64,000 nt of DNA from Solirubrobacterales bacterium (GTDB lineage: Bacteria > Actinomycetota > Thermoleophilia > Solirubrobacterales > 70-9). The DNA lies in the NCBI GenBank assembly GCA_035556755.1, contig DATMEP010000096.1, positions 1,110 to 65,109 on the forward strand, written 5' to 3'. Under the pieces are notes generated by a model, which worked only from the letters and a program-made list of their open reading frames with translations, did no database searches and was not told where the DNA came from. Below, piece by piece: positions 26,421 through 36,250 of this stretch (positions are counted from its first letter, which is position 1; every line of letters begins with the position of its first letter). Position numbers and translations under genes: made by a program.

Positions 26421-26762
26421 ATGGCCAAGCATTCTGCGACCGGTCTAGCCCGCGAGATCCTCGACCGCAGCGGCCTCAGCCAGGCTGAGCTCGCTCGCCG
26501 GGCGGGATTGCCCCGCTCCGTGGTCAACACCTACGTACGCGGTGGTCGCGAGCCGGGTGCCGAGGCGCTCGTCCGGCTGGCTGCCGCCGGCGGGTTGGAG
26601 GTCGATCTGGTTCCCCGCAGGCCCCCGGTCGACGTCGATAGGGCCAGCAAGATCCTCGTCCAGGTTCTGGAGCTCGCCGAGGCGCTCCCGTTTCGTCCGC
26701 GGCCGGAGCTCGATTATCCGCGGCTGCCGGATCGGATCGACAGAGGGAGCGGGCACCGATGA
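26421..26762 (+). CDS. XRE-family HTH protein (putative antitoxin/regulator of the downstream NTase)
   Basis: 113 aa with ..RSGLSQAELARRAGLPRSVVNTYVRGGREP.. Its stop overlaps the next start (ATGA). Confidence 0.75.
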   Translation: MAKHSATGLAREILDRSGLSQAELARRAGLPRSVVNTYVRGGREPGAEALVRLAAAGGLEVDLVPRRPPVDVDRASKILVQVLELAEALPFRPRPELDYPRLPDRIDRGSGHR

Positions 26763-27307
26763 GCGAGCTCGTCGAAAAACTGTTTTCTATCCACGATTCG
26801 CTTACGGAGGCCGGCCTCGTCCACGCATTCGGTGGGGCGATCGCTCTCGCCTATTGCGTAGAGGAGCCGCGCGGCACGCGCGATCTCGACGTCAACATCT
26901 TCGTCGATGCCGCTGAGGCCGAAAGGGTCTTGGCAACCCTTCCCAAAGGGGTAAAGGTCAGGAAGAAGGACATCGCCAAGGTCAAACGCGACGGGCAGGC
27001 TCGGTTGGACTGGGACGGGACCCCGATCGACGTCTTCCTGAACAACATTCCATTGCATGATGCCGTCGCCGCGTCGGTCGTCTGGGTTCGCCTCGAGGGC
27101 AGAGAGGTGCCGGTGCTCGACTGCGCCTCGCTGGCGATCTTCAAGGCTTTCTTCGACCGGACCAAGGATTGGGCCGATCTCGAGGCGATCGCGCTCGCCA
27201 CTCCGGAGGACATCGAAGAGGCGGCGGCGACGATCGCCGATCTTGTCGGCGAGGACGACCCGGCGCACCAGCGTCTGAAAGAGCTGCTTCTCGTTCGGCC
27301 CGGGTGA
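26759..27307 (+). CDS. Minimal nucleotidyltransferase-fold protein (TA-type NTase)
   Basis: 182 aa with FGGAIALAYCVEEPRGTRDLDVNIF (GG..DxD) and the C-terminal ..FKAFFDRTKDWADLEAI.. motif. Confidence 0.65.
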   Translation: MSELVEKLFSIHDSLTEAGLVHAFGGAIALAYCVEEPRGTRDLDVNIFVDAAEAERVLATLPKGVKVRKKDIAKVKRDGQARLDWDGTPIDVFLNNIPLHDAVAASVVWVRLEGREVPVLDCASLAIFKAFFDRTKDWADLEAIALATPEDIEEAAATIADLVGEDDPAHQRLKELLLVRPG

Positions 27308-27315
27308 CCCGGAGG

Positions 27316-28680
27316 TCAGGCCGCCTCCATGCTGACCGCGTGGTTGGCGACGATCGTGCCCTCCGGGTCCCAGCTGCGCTTGACCTCGACGAGGCGGGTG
27401 CAGACCTCGGGGGGCAGGATCGCCTCGGCGTCGCAGGCGCGCTCGGCGAAGTTGAAGTAGCCGCCGTCGGCCGCCCAGGGGCGCATCGCCTCGAGCATGC
27501 GGTCGAGGTGGCGTTCGATCGGCTCCGCCAGCTCGGGGGCCATCAGGGCGCCGACGCCGAACAGGGCGTAGCCGGCGTCCAGGTGCGAGAGGGCGCCGGC
27601 GCCCTCCGCCGGCCGTCCCAGCGCCCCGCCCAGGTGGCGCAGCTCGGCGAGCAGCAATGGCGAGCCGGACTCGGGCCCGGCGGCGCCGACGAAGGCGTCG
27701 ATCGCCTCGTCGGAGAGCTCACGGACGAGCCCGTGGTGGCCCATCGCCGGCACCGGCTGCTCGGGGTCCATATGGATCCTGCTCAGTCCTGCGGTCGGCA
27801 TCCAGGCGAAGGTGTCCATGATCGGCTCGCCGATCTCGCGCAGCGGGGCGAACGCCGCTTCTCCCTCCTCCCGGGTGCCGATGCAGGCGCCGTCGACGGT
27901 CAGCATCGGCAGGCCGCGAAGCGGCTCCGGCACGTCCGGGACCGGGGGCGGGGTGAGGAAGCGGACGACCGAGCTGACCTCGTCCGGCACCGTCGCGGCC
28001 CAGTCGCGGTAGGCGCGGATGCCCTCGGCGCCGACCTCGGCCGGGAAGAGCAGGGCGCCGCCGTAGACCTCGGCGATCGGCAGAAGGTCGAGGTGGAGCG
28101 CGGTGACGATCGCGTAGCTGCCTCCGCCGCCGCGCAGCGCCCAGAAGAGGTCGGCGTCGTTCTCGGCGTCGACCGTGCGGGCCTCGCCGTCGGCGGTGAC
28201 CAGCTCGATCGCCCTGGCGCGATTGCAGGCGAAGCCGTGGCGGCGCCCGAGCCAGCTCAGCCCGCCGCCGAGCGTGTAGCCGGCGACGCCGACGTCCGGC
28301 GAAGAGCCCGGCATCGAGCAGAGGCCGTGCGCCTGGGCCGCCTCGCCCAGCTCCATGGCCAGCACGCCGGCCTCGACCCGGGCCGTCTGTGCCCCGGCGT
28401 CGATCTCGACCCCTCGCATCCGCTCGGTCTTGATCAGGATCGTGTCGTCGAGCGGGCCGAGCGCGAAGGCGCCGTGCCCGGTGCTTTGCGCGGTCACCCG
28501 CAGGCCGTGCTGGGCGGCGAAGCGGACCGTCGCGGCGACGTCGGTGGCGCTCTCGACCAGGGCAACGGCGCTGGGGCGCTGGTCGGCGGCCAGGTTCCAA
28601 GCCTGCCGCGCCTCGTCCCAGTCGGGGTCGTTCGGCGATGCGACGCGGCCGGCGATCGACAGCTCGGCGAACTCGCTCAT
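27316..28680 (-). CDS. FAD-linked oxidase (PCMH-type FAD-binding, BBE-like C-terminus)
   Basis: 454 aa. GHG, GGGLSWLGRRHG and ALRGGGGSYAIV are typical of this family. Confidence 0.85.
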   Translation of the reverse strand: MSEFAELSIAGRVASPNDPDWDEARQAWNLAADQRPSAVALVESATDVAATVRFAAQHGLRVTAQSTGHGAFALGPLDDTILIKTERMRGVEIDAGAQTARVEAGVLAMELGEAAQAHGLCSMPGSSPDVGVAGYTLGGGLSWLGRRHGFACNRARAIELVTADGEARTVDAENDADLFWALRGGGGSYAIVTALHLDLLPIAEVYGGALLFPAEVGAEGIRAYRDWAATVPDEVSSVVRFLTPPPVPDVPEPLRGLPMLTVDGACIGTREEGEAAFAPLREIGEPIMDTFAWMPTAGLSRIHMDPEQPVPAMGHHGLVRELSDEAIDAFVGAAGPESGSPLLLAELRHLGGALGRPAEGAGALSHLDAGYALFGVGALMAPELAEPIERHLDRMLEAMRPWAADGGYFNFAERACDAEAILPPEVCTRLVEVKRSWDPEGTIVANHAVSMEAA

Positions 28681-28698
28681 GCGGTGCCTCCTAGGGGC

Positions 28699-29349
28699 TC
28701 AGGCGAGGGTCAAGCGGTCGACCGCGCCCTCGCTACCGATCAGGACGTCGCTCACCATAACCGGGGGAAAGAGGCCGTGGGCGGCGACGCCGGGGTCGGC
28801 GTCGAGCCAGGCGGAGAGGGCCACGGGGTCGGCGACCGCGCCCCCGTAGTCGGCGATTACGCCGTCGTCGGGACTGCGCGACGCGTCGCGCAGCTCGACC
28901 TCGGGCCCGAGCCGGGCCATGGTCGAGCGCAGGCCGAAGTCGAACAGCTCCAGCGGGACCGGGGCGCTCAGCGAATCCACCGGCTTGCTCGAGTCGGCGA
29001 TGACGACGAAGCGCTCTGCCGCCGCGGCGACGATCTTCTCGCGCAGGTGGGCGCCGCCACCGCCCTTGATCAGCCAGCCGTCCGGCGTGACCTGGTCGGT
29101 GCCGTCGATCGCGATGTCAAGCCGCTCCAGCTGGCTGAACTCCTCGACCGGGATGCCGAGCTCCCTTGCCTGATCCTCGGTCGCGACCGAGGTGGCGACG
29201 CAGCGGATCCCGGTCAGCCCGCGGGCGGCGATCGCCGGCAGCAGGTAGGCGACGGTCGAGCCGGTGCCGAGGCCGACCGTCATCCCGTCCTCGACCAGCT
29301 CCGCCGCCGCCTCGGCGGCGATGCGCTTCTCGTCGTCTGCCGCGGTCAC
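28699..29349 (-). CDS. rpiA: Ribose-5-phosphate isomerase A
   Basis: 216 aa from the GTG at 29349 with GLGTGST, DGTD and KGGGGA motifs. Confidence 0.9.
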   Translation of the reverse strand: MTAADDEKRIAAEAAAELVEDGMTVGLGTGSTVAYLLPAIAARGLTGIRCVATSVATEDQARELGIPVEEFSQLERLDIAIDGTDQVTPDGWLIKGGGGAHLREKIVAAAAERFVVIADSSKPVDSLSAPVPLELFDFGLRSTMARLGPEVELRDASRSPDDGVIADYGGAVADPVALSAWLDADPGVAAHGLFPPVMVSDVLIGSEGAVDRLTLA

Positions 29350-29376
29350 CGGCCCGGACTCTATGCTCGCCAGTCG

Positions 29377-29964
29377 ATGGACGCGCGCATCTGGCTGACT
29401 GCCGAGGGCGGCGAGCCGCGCTCGGCGCCGCTGCCGCCGGGGCGCACCGTGATCGGCCGCGACCCCGAGGCCGACGTCTGCATCGACGACGAAGCGATCT
29501 CCTGGAACCACATCGAGATCGAGAGCCGGGGCGGCGTCCTGATGGCGACCGATCTCGACAGCCGTAACGGCACGGCGCTGAACGGCGAGCCGCTCGACCG
29601 GCCACGGCGGTTGCGCAATGGCGACACCCTGATCGTCGGCGGCCACCGGCTCGAAGTCTCGATCCCGCAGCAGGGCCGCGGCGGCGAGACGGTCGCCGTC
29701 GGCGAGCCGAGCGTCGCCCTCACCGGCGAGGAGCGGGCGACCGCGGCGGCTCTGGTCGCGCCCTACCGCAGCGAGGGCGCCTTCGCCGGCCGCCCCGCGA
29801 CCCGGGCGGAGATGGCGGAGGCGCTTCACGTCAGCGAGCGCACCGCCCAGCGCCGCCTCGACGCGCTCGCGGCGAAGCTCGGCATCACCGGCGACGCCGG
29901 CCGCGAGCGCCCCCGCCTGGTCGCCGCCCGCGTGATCGAGCTCGGCCTAGACCGCGCCCGCTAG
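29377..29964 (+). CDS. FHA-domain protein with a C-terminal HTH
   Basis: 195 aa with the FHA core GRDPEADVCIDDEAISWNHIEI..NGTALNGE. The C-terminus reads EMAEALHVSERTAQRRLDALAAKLG. Confidence 0.8.
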   Translation: MDARIWLTAEGGEPRSAPLPPGRTVIGRDPEADVCIDDEAISWNHIEIESRGGVLMATDLDSRNGTALNGEPLDRPRRLRNGDTLIVGGHRLEVSIPQQGRGGETVAVGEPSVALTGEERATAAALVAPYRSEGAFAGRPATRAEMAEALHVSERTAQRRLDALAAKLGITGDAGRERPRLVAARVIELGLDRAR

Positions 29965-30048
29965 CTGGCCCAGTGGGGGTCAGACCTGGCCCGGTGGTCA
30001 CCGTGTTTCGTCCTTTTGAGGATCACCCGTTGCGGGCAGGATTAGTAC

Positions 30049-31098
30049 GTGGACTTGAGATGCAAAGCAGGGACCTTGGTTGTCATGCTGCTGGCAGCCT
30101 GCGCCCTGCCCTCCGCAGCGCCAGCCGATCCGCCAACGCTGAACTGCCGCTACCTGGAGGTGGACCCGCCCGGTCCGAGCGGCAACCGGCTCGAAGTCAA
30201 CGGCACCGGGAACGTGGCGATCGGTCGCGACGGACCGTTGGTCACGGTCTCTCTGACCGGGAGCACCGGCATCCGGATCGAGGAGCGGATCGAGTGCGCC
30301 AGGGGTGTCGCGGAAGTGACCAACCTCGATCAGATCGTCTACAGGCCGCCGGAATCCCCAGGTCAGGTCCTGATCGACGAGCGCGGCGGCAGGTTCGAGC
30401 CGGGAGCGACGGACGAGATCGACGTCGGCGACGAGATCGAGATCTCGGTCCTGTTGCCTCCTCGTGCCGGCGAGCGGAACCCGCGGGTCAATGTCCTCGG
30501 CACTCCCGGCGCCGACTTCATCGGCGCCGGTGACCTGGCCGCGGGACGCTACGGAGTCAACCTCAACTGGGGCCGGGACACGGAGGTGAAGGACTCCGAC
30601 CTGCTGATCGCCGCGTCGAGCGGCACCCGGCTGCAACTCGCCGGAGGCGGTGGCGGCGATCGCCTCAACGCCGCCGGCGGCAAGGAGTTCGCCCGCCCGG
30701 TGTCGCTGCCGTCGTTCAGCATGCTCGGCGAAGACGGCAACGACCTCCTGCTCGGGGGTCGACACAGCGACTTCCTCGAGGGCGACGAAGGGGACGACAC
30801 GATCTACGGTCGCGGCGGCGCCGACAACATCTACGCCGGTCCCGGCCGCGACCGGGCCCTGGGCGCAGGCGGCGACGACCAGATTCGCGGCGCCCGCGTC
30901 AGCGAAGACGATTTCGAGCCCGACGTCTACGTGGGTGGCTCGGGCGACGACTACATCTCCGCCCGCTACGGCGGACGCGACAGCGTGCTCTGTGGCTCGG
31001 GCTTCGACGACGTATGGGTCGACCCGTACGACACCTGGCGTCGCTGCGACGACGTCCAGATCGCCAAGCAGCCACGGCGCGCGTCCGCCTCGTCGTAA
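30049..31098 (+). CDS. Secreted calcium-binding (RTX/hemolysin-type repeat) protein
   Basis: 349 aa with a signal/lipobox-like N-terminus (VVMLLAACALPSA) and C-terminal GGxGxD-type nonapeptides (GDEGDDTIYGRGGADNIYAGPGRD..). Confidence 0.7.
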   Translation: MDLRCKAGTLVVMLLAACALPSAAPADPPTLNCRYLEVDPPGPSGNRLEVNGTGNVAIGRDGPLVTVSLTGSTGIRIEERIECARGVAEVTNLDQIVYRPPESPGQVLIDERGGRFEPGATDEIDVGDEIEISVLLPPRAGERNPRVNVLGTPGADFIGAGDLAAGRYGVNLNWGRDTEVKDSDLLIAASSGTRLQLAGGGGGDRLNAAGGKEFARPVSLPSFSMLGEDGNDLLLGGRHSDFLEGDEGDDTIYGRGGADNIYAGPGRDRALGAGGDDQIRGARVSEDDFEPDVYVGGSGDDYISARYGGRDSVLCGSGFDDVWVDPYDTWRRCDDVQIAKQPRRASASS

Positions 31099-31102
31099 AT
31101 CG

Positions 31103-31139
31103 CATCACGTTTTCCATGTCAGGGATGGAAAACGTGATG
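31103..31139. repeat. 37-nt palindromic repeat, copy 2
   Basis: catcacgttttccat-gtcaggg-atggaaaacgtgatg begins 4 nt after the stop at 31098. Confidence 0.9.
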
Positions 31140-31270
31140 GTTTGCGTGGATGGATCCGTGGCGTTGTTCGGGCCAGACGTGGCCCGGACGGGGGCGCGGC
31201 TGTCGTTGGCGGGTACGGCTCCGGGGCCGAGCATCGGTGGCACTGGTTCACCGATTCGAAAGGAAATGCC

Positions 31271-32317
31271 ATGCGCAGCAAGTCACTTCTCATCTCAGCC
31301 CTTGCCCTGCTCAGCCTCGCCCTGCCGGCGAGCGCGGCGGCGGCGGCCTCGACCGGGGCCGTCGTCTTCTCGAAATCGTCGACCGTCGACGGCATCGCCA
31401 AAGGCGGCCTCTTCGCGGTCCGCGACGGCCGCCTCAACCAGCTGACCGAAGATCCCTCCGACACCGAACCCGCCTTCTCCGCCGACGGACGGACGATCGC
31501 CTACGCCCGCAGCGGCGACCTCTACTCGGTCCGACCGGACGGCTCCGGCCAGCGGCGGCTGACCAGCGGTGCCGAGCTTGACTCCGCCCCGCTGGTCTCG
31601 CCCGACGGCCGCCGCGTCGTCTTCGAGCGCCGCGCCACGGCCGCCGGTCCCGCCGACCTCTACACGGTGCGGGCGCTCGGCGGCGGCGTGCGGGCGCTGA
31701 CCACCGGGGCCGAGGACGACCACCAGGCGGACTTCTCGCCGGATGGCCGCGCGATTGTCTTCGTCCGCGGCAGCGGCGGTCCGCCCAACAGCAAGGAGGA
31801 CCTCTACTCGGTCCGCCCGAGCGGGGCCGGCCTCGCCCGCCTGACCCGGACCGGCGGCGTCGACGAGTTCAAGCCGCGCTACTTCAGGGGCGGGATCCTC
31901 TTCAGCCGCGGCGAGAGCACCGAGGGGCCGGCGGAATACGCCGACGTCTACACGATGCGTCGCAACGGCACGCGGGTGAAATCGCTGGTCGCCGGCGTCG
32001 GCTCCGCCTATGTCGAAGACGTCGCCTCCAACGGGCGCACGCTGCTCTTCCGCCGTGACCAGGGCCTCTGGTCGAAGCGGATCGGGCCGGGCAAGGCTCG
32101 CAAGCTCTGCCAGCTGCCCGACGGTTCGGAGACCAACGGCGTCTTCTCCTCCGACGGGCGCCGCGTCGCCGCCTTCGTCGAGGTCGAAGAGCGGCAGTCG
32201 CTGGTCGCGATCGGCCTCGACAGCCGCCGCCAGACCCAGCTGGCCGAAGGCTTCGAGATCGCCGAAAAAGACGGCACCGCGATCGGTCCGGTGATCGCAT
32301 GGCAGCCGGTCACGTAG
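31271..32317 (+). CDS. Secreted TolB/PD40-like beta-propeller protein
   Basis: 348 aa with a signal peptide (LALLSLALPASAAAAAS) and repeated SADGRTIAY / SPDGRRVVF / SPDGRAIVF / SSDGRRVAAF units. Confidence 0.75.
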   Translation: MRSKSLLISALALLSLALPASAAAAASTGAVVFSKSSTVDGIAKGGLFAVRDGRLNQLTEDPSDTEPAFSADGRTIAYARSGDLYSVRPDGSGQRRLTSGAELDSAPLVSPDGRRVVFERRATAAGPADLYTVRALGGGVRALTTGAEDDHQADFSPDGRAIVFVRGSGGPPNSKEDLYSVRPSGAGLARLTRTGGVDEFKPRYFRGGILFSRGESTEGPAEYADVYTMRRNGTRVKSLVAGVGSAYVEDVASNGRTLLFRRDQGLWSKRIGPGKARKLCQLPDGSETNGVFSSDGRRVAAFVEVEERQSLVAIGLDSRRQTQLAEGFEIAEKDGTAIGPVIAWQPVT

Positions 32318-32354
32318 AGCGGCGCCAACCCCCACACGGCGATATAACCGCCGT

Positions 32355-34172
32355 GTGGGGGAAATTTCGATTGGCTCGACCCTTGCCGGCTACCGGCTTG
32401 ACGCGCTGATCGCGCGGGGTGGGATGGGGGTCGTCTACCGGGCGACCCACGTCGCCCTCGAACGGCCGGTGGCGTTGAAGGTGATCGCCCAGCACCTGGC
32501 CGAGAAAGAGGATTTCCGCCAGCGCTTCCTGCGCGAGTCGAGGCTCGCCGCCCGACTCGACCATCCCAGCGTCGTGCCGATCCTCGACGCCCGCGAGGAG
32601 GACGGCGAGCTGATCGTCGCGATGCGGCTGATCGCCGGCGGCGACCTGAAGAAGCGGATCGCGGAACACGGCCCGCTGCCGCCGCAGGAAGCAATCGACC
32701 TGCTCGCCCAGATCGCCGACGCGCTCGACGCCGCCCACGCGGCCGGCGTCGTCCACCGCGACGTCAAGCCCCACAACATCCTGCTCGAAGGCGATCGCGC
32801 CTACCTCACCGATTTCGGGCTCGCCAAAGCGCTCGGCGACTCCGGCGTGCTCAGCGACGCCTCGGTCGTCGGCACGGTCGAATACATGTCGCCGGAGCAG
32901 TGGCGGGGCGCGCGGGTCGGCCCGGCGGCGGACGTCTACTCGCTCGGTTGCGTCCTCTACGAGGCGCTGACCGGGATCGCTCCCTTTGCCCACAGGGCGG
33001 ACGACACCGAGCCGGAGATGCCGGAGGGGCTGGACGCGGTGATCGAGCGCGCCGTCGCCAAGGACCCCGGCGAGCGCTACCCGACCGCCGGCGCCCTGAT
33101 CGAGGCGGCGCGGGCGCACCAGGGGGCGACGCCGGCGGCCACCCGGGTGCTCTCCGAGCGGCCGGAGCAACCGACCCTGCGCCTCGGCGGTGCGCCCGCG
33201 GGTGGCGGGACCCTCGATGGCTTGCGGGACCGGGCCGCGGATCTGCCCTGGCGCTGGCTGCTCCCCGGATTCGCCGCAGTCGCGGTGGCGATCGTCCTCG
33301 CCCTCGTGGTGCTCGGCGGCGACGAGGTCTCGGTCTCGGACCCGATCGACGTCGGCCCGGGCCCGCTGCGACTCGCCGTCGGCGAAGGCGCGGTTTGGGT
33401 CAGCAGCGCGGCCGCCGGGACGCTTTCGCGGATCGACCCGGCGCAGGAGGAAGTCGCCGGCGAGCCGCTTCGCCTCGGCCGCGGCGTCTCCGGCGTCGCC
33501 GTCGGCGAGGGCGCGGTCTGGGTCTCGAGTCCGCGCACCGGCAGCGTGCTGCGGGTCGACCCGGTCGAGCGGGTGACGACGAGGATTCCCGTCGGCGGCC
33601 GGCCCGGCGCGATCGTCGTCGGCGGCGGCCGCGTCTGGGTCGCCGACGAGGCCGGCGGCGGGATCGCCGCGATCAACCCACGCGGCGGGCGGGTCTTCAA
33701 GCGCGGCATCGTGCCCCGCGCCACCCCGCTGCGACTCGCGGTCGGCGCCGGCGCGGTCTGGGTCAGCAGCGCCTCGACCGGCTCGGTCCGCCGCATCGAC
33801 TTCGGCACCGCCACCGCCGACGCGCCGGTCGCGGTCGGGCGCGGCCCGGCCGGGGTCACGGTCGGCGGCGGCCTGGTCTGGGTCGCGAGCAGCCGCTCCG
33901 ACCAGGTCTCGCGCGTCGACCCGGCGACGCGGTCGCTGTTCGGCGAGCCGGTCGAGGTCGGCGAGCGGCCCGGCGGGATCGACGCCGGCACCAGCGTCGT
34001 CTGGGTCGCCAACTCGGCCGAAGGCACGGTCAGCCGGATAGATATCGAGAGCGGCGAGACGGTCGGCGACCCGGTCGAGGTCGGCGCTGGACCGGGCGCG
34101 GTGGTCGTCGGCGAGGAGGCCGTCTGGGTCGCCAACAACGGCGACGGCACGGTCACTCGGATCGAGCCCTGA
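32355..34172 (+). CDS. Ser/Thr protein kinase with TM segment and 7-repeat extracellular beta-propeller
   Basis: 605 aa with GGMGVVY, VALK, HRDVKPHNIL, DFGLA and SPEQ kinase motifs. There is one TM helix (LLPGFAAVAVAIVLALVVL). Seven ~40-aa repeats follow, of the form ..G.GP..(L)AVG.GAVWV(S/A).. Confidence 0.9.
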   Translation: MGEISIGSTLAGYRLDALIARGGMGVVYRATHVALERPVALKVIAQHLAEKEDFRQRFLRESRLAARLDHPSVVPILDAREEDGELIVAMRLIAGGDLKKRIAEHGPLPPQEAIDLLAQIADALDAAHAAGVVHRDVKPHNILLEGDRAYLTDFGLAKALGDSGVLSDASVVGTVEYMSPEQWRGARVGPAADVYSLGCVLYEALTGIAPFAHRADDTEPEMPEGLDAVIERAVAKDPGERYPTAGALIEAARAHQGATPAATRVLSERPEQPTLRLGGAPAGGGTLDGLRDRAADLPWRWLLPGFAAVAVAIVLALVVLGGDEVSVSDPIDVGPGPLRLAVGEGAVWVSSAAAGTLSRIDPAQEEVAGEPLRLGRGVSGVAVGEGAVWVSSPRTGSVLRVDPVERVTTRIPVGGRPGAIVVGGGRVWVADEAGGGIAAINPRGGRVFKRGIVPRATPLRLAVGAGAVWVSSASTGSVRRIDFGTATADAPVAVGRGPAGVTVGGGLVWVASSRSDQVSRVDPATRSLFGEPVEVGERPGGIDAGTSVVWVANSAEGTVSRIDIESGETVGDPVEVGAGPGAVVVGEEAVWVANNGDGTVTRIEP

Positions 34173-34213
34173 GCCAGCACCCCCGCCGTCGGCGGGGGAT
34201 AGGATCGGAGGCA

Positions 34214-36250
34214 GTGGCGCGGGACATCGACCAGCTCTGCATCGACACGATCCGCACCCTCTCGATCGACGCGATCCAGAAGGCCAACTCGGGCCACCCG
34301 GGGACGCCGATGGCGATGGCCCCGGTCGCCTACACGCTCTGGCAGCAGTTCCTTCGCTTCGACCCGGCCGACCCGATCTGGCCCAACCGCGACCGCTTCG
34401 TCCTCTCCGCCGGCCACGCCTCGATGCTGCTCTACTCGCTGCTCTTCCTGACCGAGGTACAGGCGGTCGATCCCGACTATGAGACCGTCGGCGAGCCCGC
34501 CGTCAGCCTCGACGACATCAAGCGTTTCCGCCAGCTCGACTCGCGCGCCCCCGGCCATCCCGAGTACCGCTGGACCTCGGGCGTGGAGACGACGACGGGG
34601 CCGCTCGGCCAGGGGATCGCGACCTCGGTCGGGATGGCGATCGCCTCGAAGTGGAAAGGCGCCCGCTACGGCGCCGAGCTGTTCGATTTCGACGTCTACG
34701 CGATCGCCGGCGACGGCTGCCTGATGGAGGGGGTCTCCAGCGAAGCGGCCTCGCTCGCCGGTCACCTGAAGCTCGACAACCTCTGCTGGGTCTACGACAA
34801 CAACCACATCACGATCGACGGGAAAACCCACCTCGCCTACGCCGACGACGTCGCTGCCCGCTTCATGGGCTACGGCTGGAACGTGACCCGGGTCGGCGAC
34901 GCCAACGACACCGAGCTGCTTGCCACCGCCTTCCAGGAGTTCAAAGGCGAGGAGGGCCGCCCGACGCTGGTCATCGTCGACAGCCACATCGGCTGGGGCT
35001 CCCCGCACAAGCACGACACCGCCGCCGTCCACGGCGAGCCGCTGGGCGAGGAGGAGGTGCGGGAGACGAAGCGCGCCTACGGCTGGCCCGAGGACGCCCA
35101 GTTCCTCGTCCCCGAGGGGGTCAAGGAGCACTTCGCCGCCGGGATCGGCCGCCGTGGCGCCGTGCTGCGCGCCGAGTGGGAGGCCCGGGTCGCCGACGTC
35201 GCCAAGGAGAACGGCGAGCTCGTCGCCGAGATCGAGACGATGCAGAGGCGAGAGCTGCCGCAGGGCTGGGACGCGGATATCCCCAGCTTCGAGCCCGACG
35301 AGAAGGGGATCGCGACCCGCAAGGCCTCGCAGCAGGTCGAGAACGCGATCGCCGCGCGGCTGCCCTGGCTGCTCGCCGGCTCCGCCGACCTCACCGACTC
35401 GACCTCGGTGCGGTTGACGATCGACGGCGCCGCCGACTTCGAGCCCGGCGCCTACGACGGCCGCCAGCTCCACTTCGGCATCCGCGAGCACGAGGCCGCG
35501 GCGATCTCCAACGGCCTCTCGCTCTCCAAGCTGCGGCCGCTCTGGTCCACCTACCTCACCTTCTCCGACTACGCCCGGCCGGCGATGCGGCTCTCGGCGC
35601 TGATGGAGCTGCCGACGATCCACCTCTTCACCCACGACTCGATCGGGCTGGGCGAGGACGGGCCGACCCACCAGCCGGTCGAGCAGCTCGCCTCGCTGCG
35701 GGCTGTCCCGGGGCTCGACGTGATCCGCCCCGCCGACGCCAACGAGGTCGCCGAGGCCTGGCGGGTGGCGATCGACCGCCGTCACCAGCCGGTCGCCCTC
35801 GTCCTCAGCCGCCAGGACGTGCCGGTCCTCGACCGCTCCAAGTACGCGTCCGCCGGGGGGCTGCGGCGCGGCGGCTACGTGCTGGCCGACGCCGACGCTG
35901 GCGATCCCGAGCTGATCCTGATCGCGACCGGGAGCGACGTCGCGCTCGCGGTCGCCGCCCACGAGGAGCTGAGCGGCGAGGGCATCCGCTCCCGCGTCGT
36001 CAGCCTGCCCTGCTGGGAGCTGTTCGACCGCCAGGACGACGCCTACCGCGCCGAGGTGCTGCCGCCGGCGGTGACGGCGCGGGTCTCGGTCGAGGAGGCC
36101 TCGACCCTGGGCTGGGACCGCTGGGTCGGTCCGGTGGGGAGGAAGATAGGGATGCACGCCTTTGGGACCTCGGCCCCGCTGAAGGACGTGCAGAGCAAGT
36201 ACGGCTTCACGCCGGACAAGATCGCCGAAGAGGCAAGGAGACTGCTGTGA
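34214..36250 (+). CDS. tkt: Transketolase
   Basis: 678 aa from the GTG at 34214 with ..[14 protein letters not shown].. and GDGCLMEG motifs. Confidence 0.95.
   Translation: MARDIDQLCIDTIRTLSIDAIQKANSGHPGTPMAMAPVAYTLWQQFLRFDPADPIWPNRDRFVLSAGHASMLLYSLLFLTEVQAVDPDYETVGEPAVSLDDIKRFRQLDSRAPGHPEYRWTSGVETTTGPLGQGIATSVGMAIASKWKGARYGAELFDFDVYAIAGDGCLMEGVSSEAASLAGHLKLDNLCWVYDNNHITIDGKTHLAYADDVAARFMGYGWNVTRVGDANDTELLATAFQEFKGEEGRPTLVIVDSHIGWGSPHKHDTAAVHGEPLGEEEVRETKRAYGWPEDAQFLVPEGVKEHFAAGIGRRGAVLRAEWEARVADVAKENGELVAEIETMQRRELPQGWDADIPSFEPDEKGIATRKASQQVENAIAARLPWLLAGSADLTDSTSVRLTIDGAADFEPGAYDGRQLHFGIREHEAAAISNGLSLSKLRPLWSTYLTFSDYARPAMRLSALMELPTIHLFTHDSIGLGEDGPTHQPVEQLASLRAVPGLDVIRPADANEVAEAWRVAIDRRHQPVALVLSRQDVPVLDRSKYASAGGLRRGGYVLADADAGDPELILIATGSDVALAVAAHEELSGEGIRSRVVSLPCWELFDRQDDAYRAEVLPPAVTARVSVEEASTLGWDRWVGPVGRKIGMHAFGTSAPLKDVQSKYGFTPDKIAEEARRLL

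Noticed and set aside
27169-29376. N-terminal 736 aa of the 931-aa plus-strand ORF, and similar long 5' extensions of ORFs 14519..16978, 6029..8353, 24552..26399 and 43705..45705
   Set aside because: These extensions are antisense to well-supported genes and lack motifs. Recognisable domains begin only at the internal starts used in the feature list.
33077-36157. 1026-aa minus-strand ORF opposite the kinase and transketolase genes
   Set aside because: It is a low-complexity Arg/Gly/Asp/Pro translation. The plus strand carries unmistakable kinase and tkt signatures.
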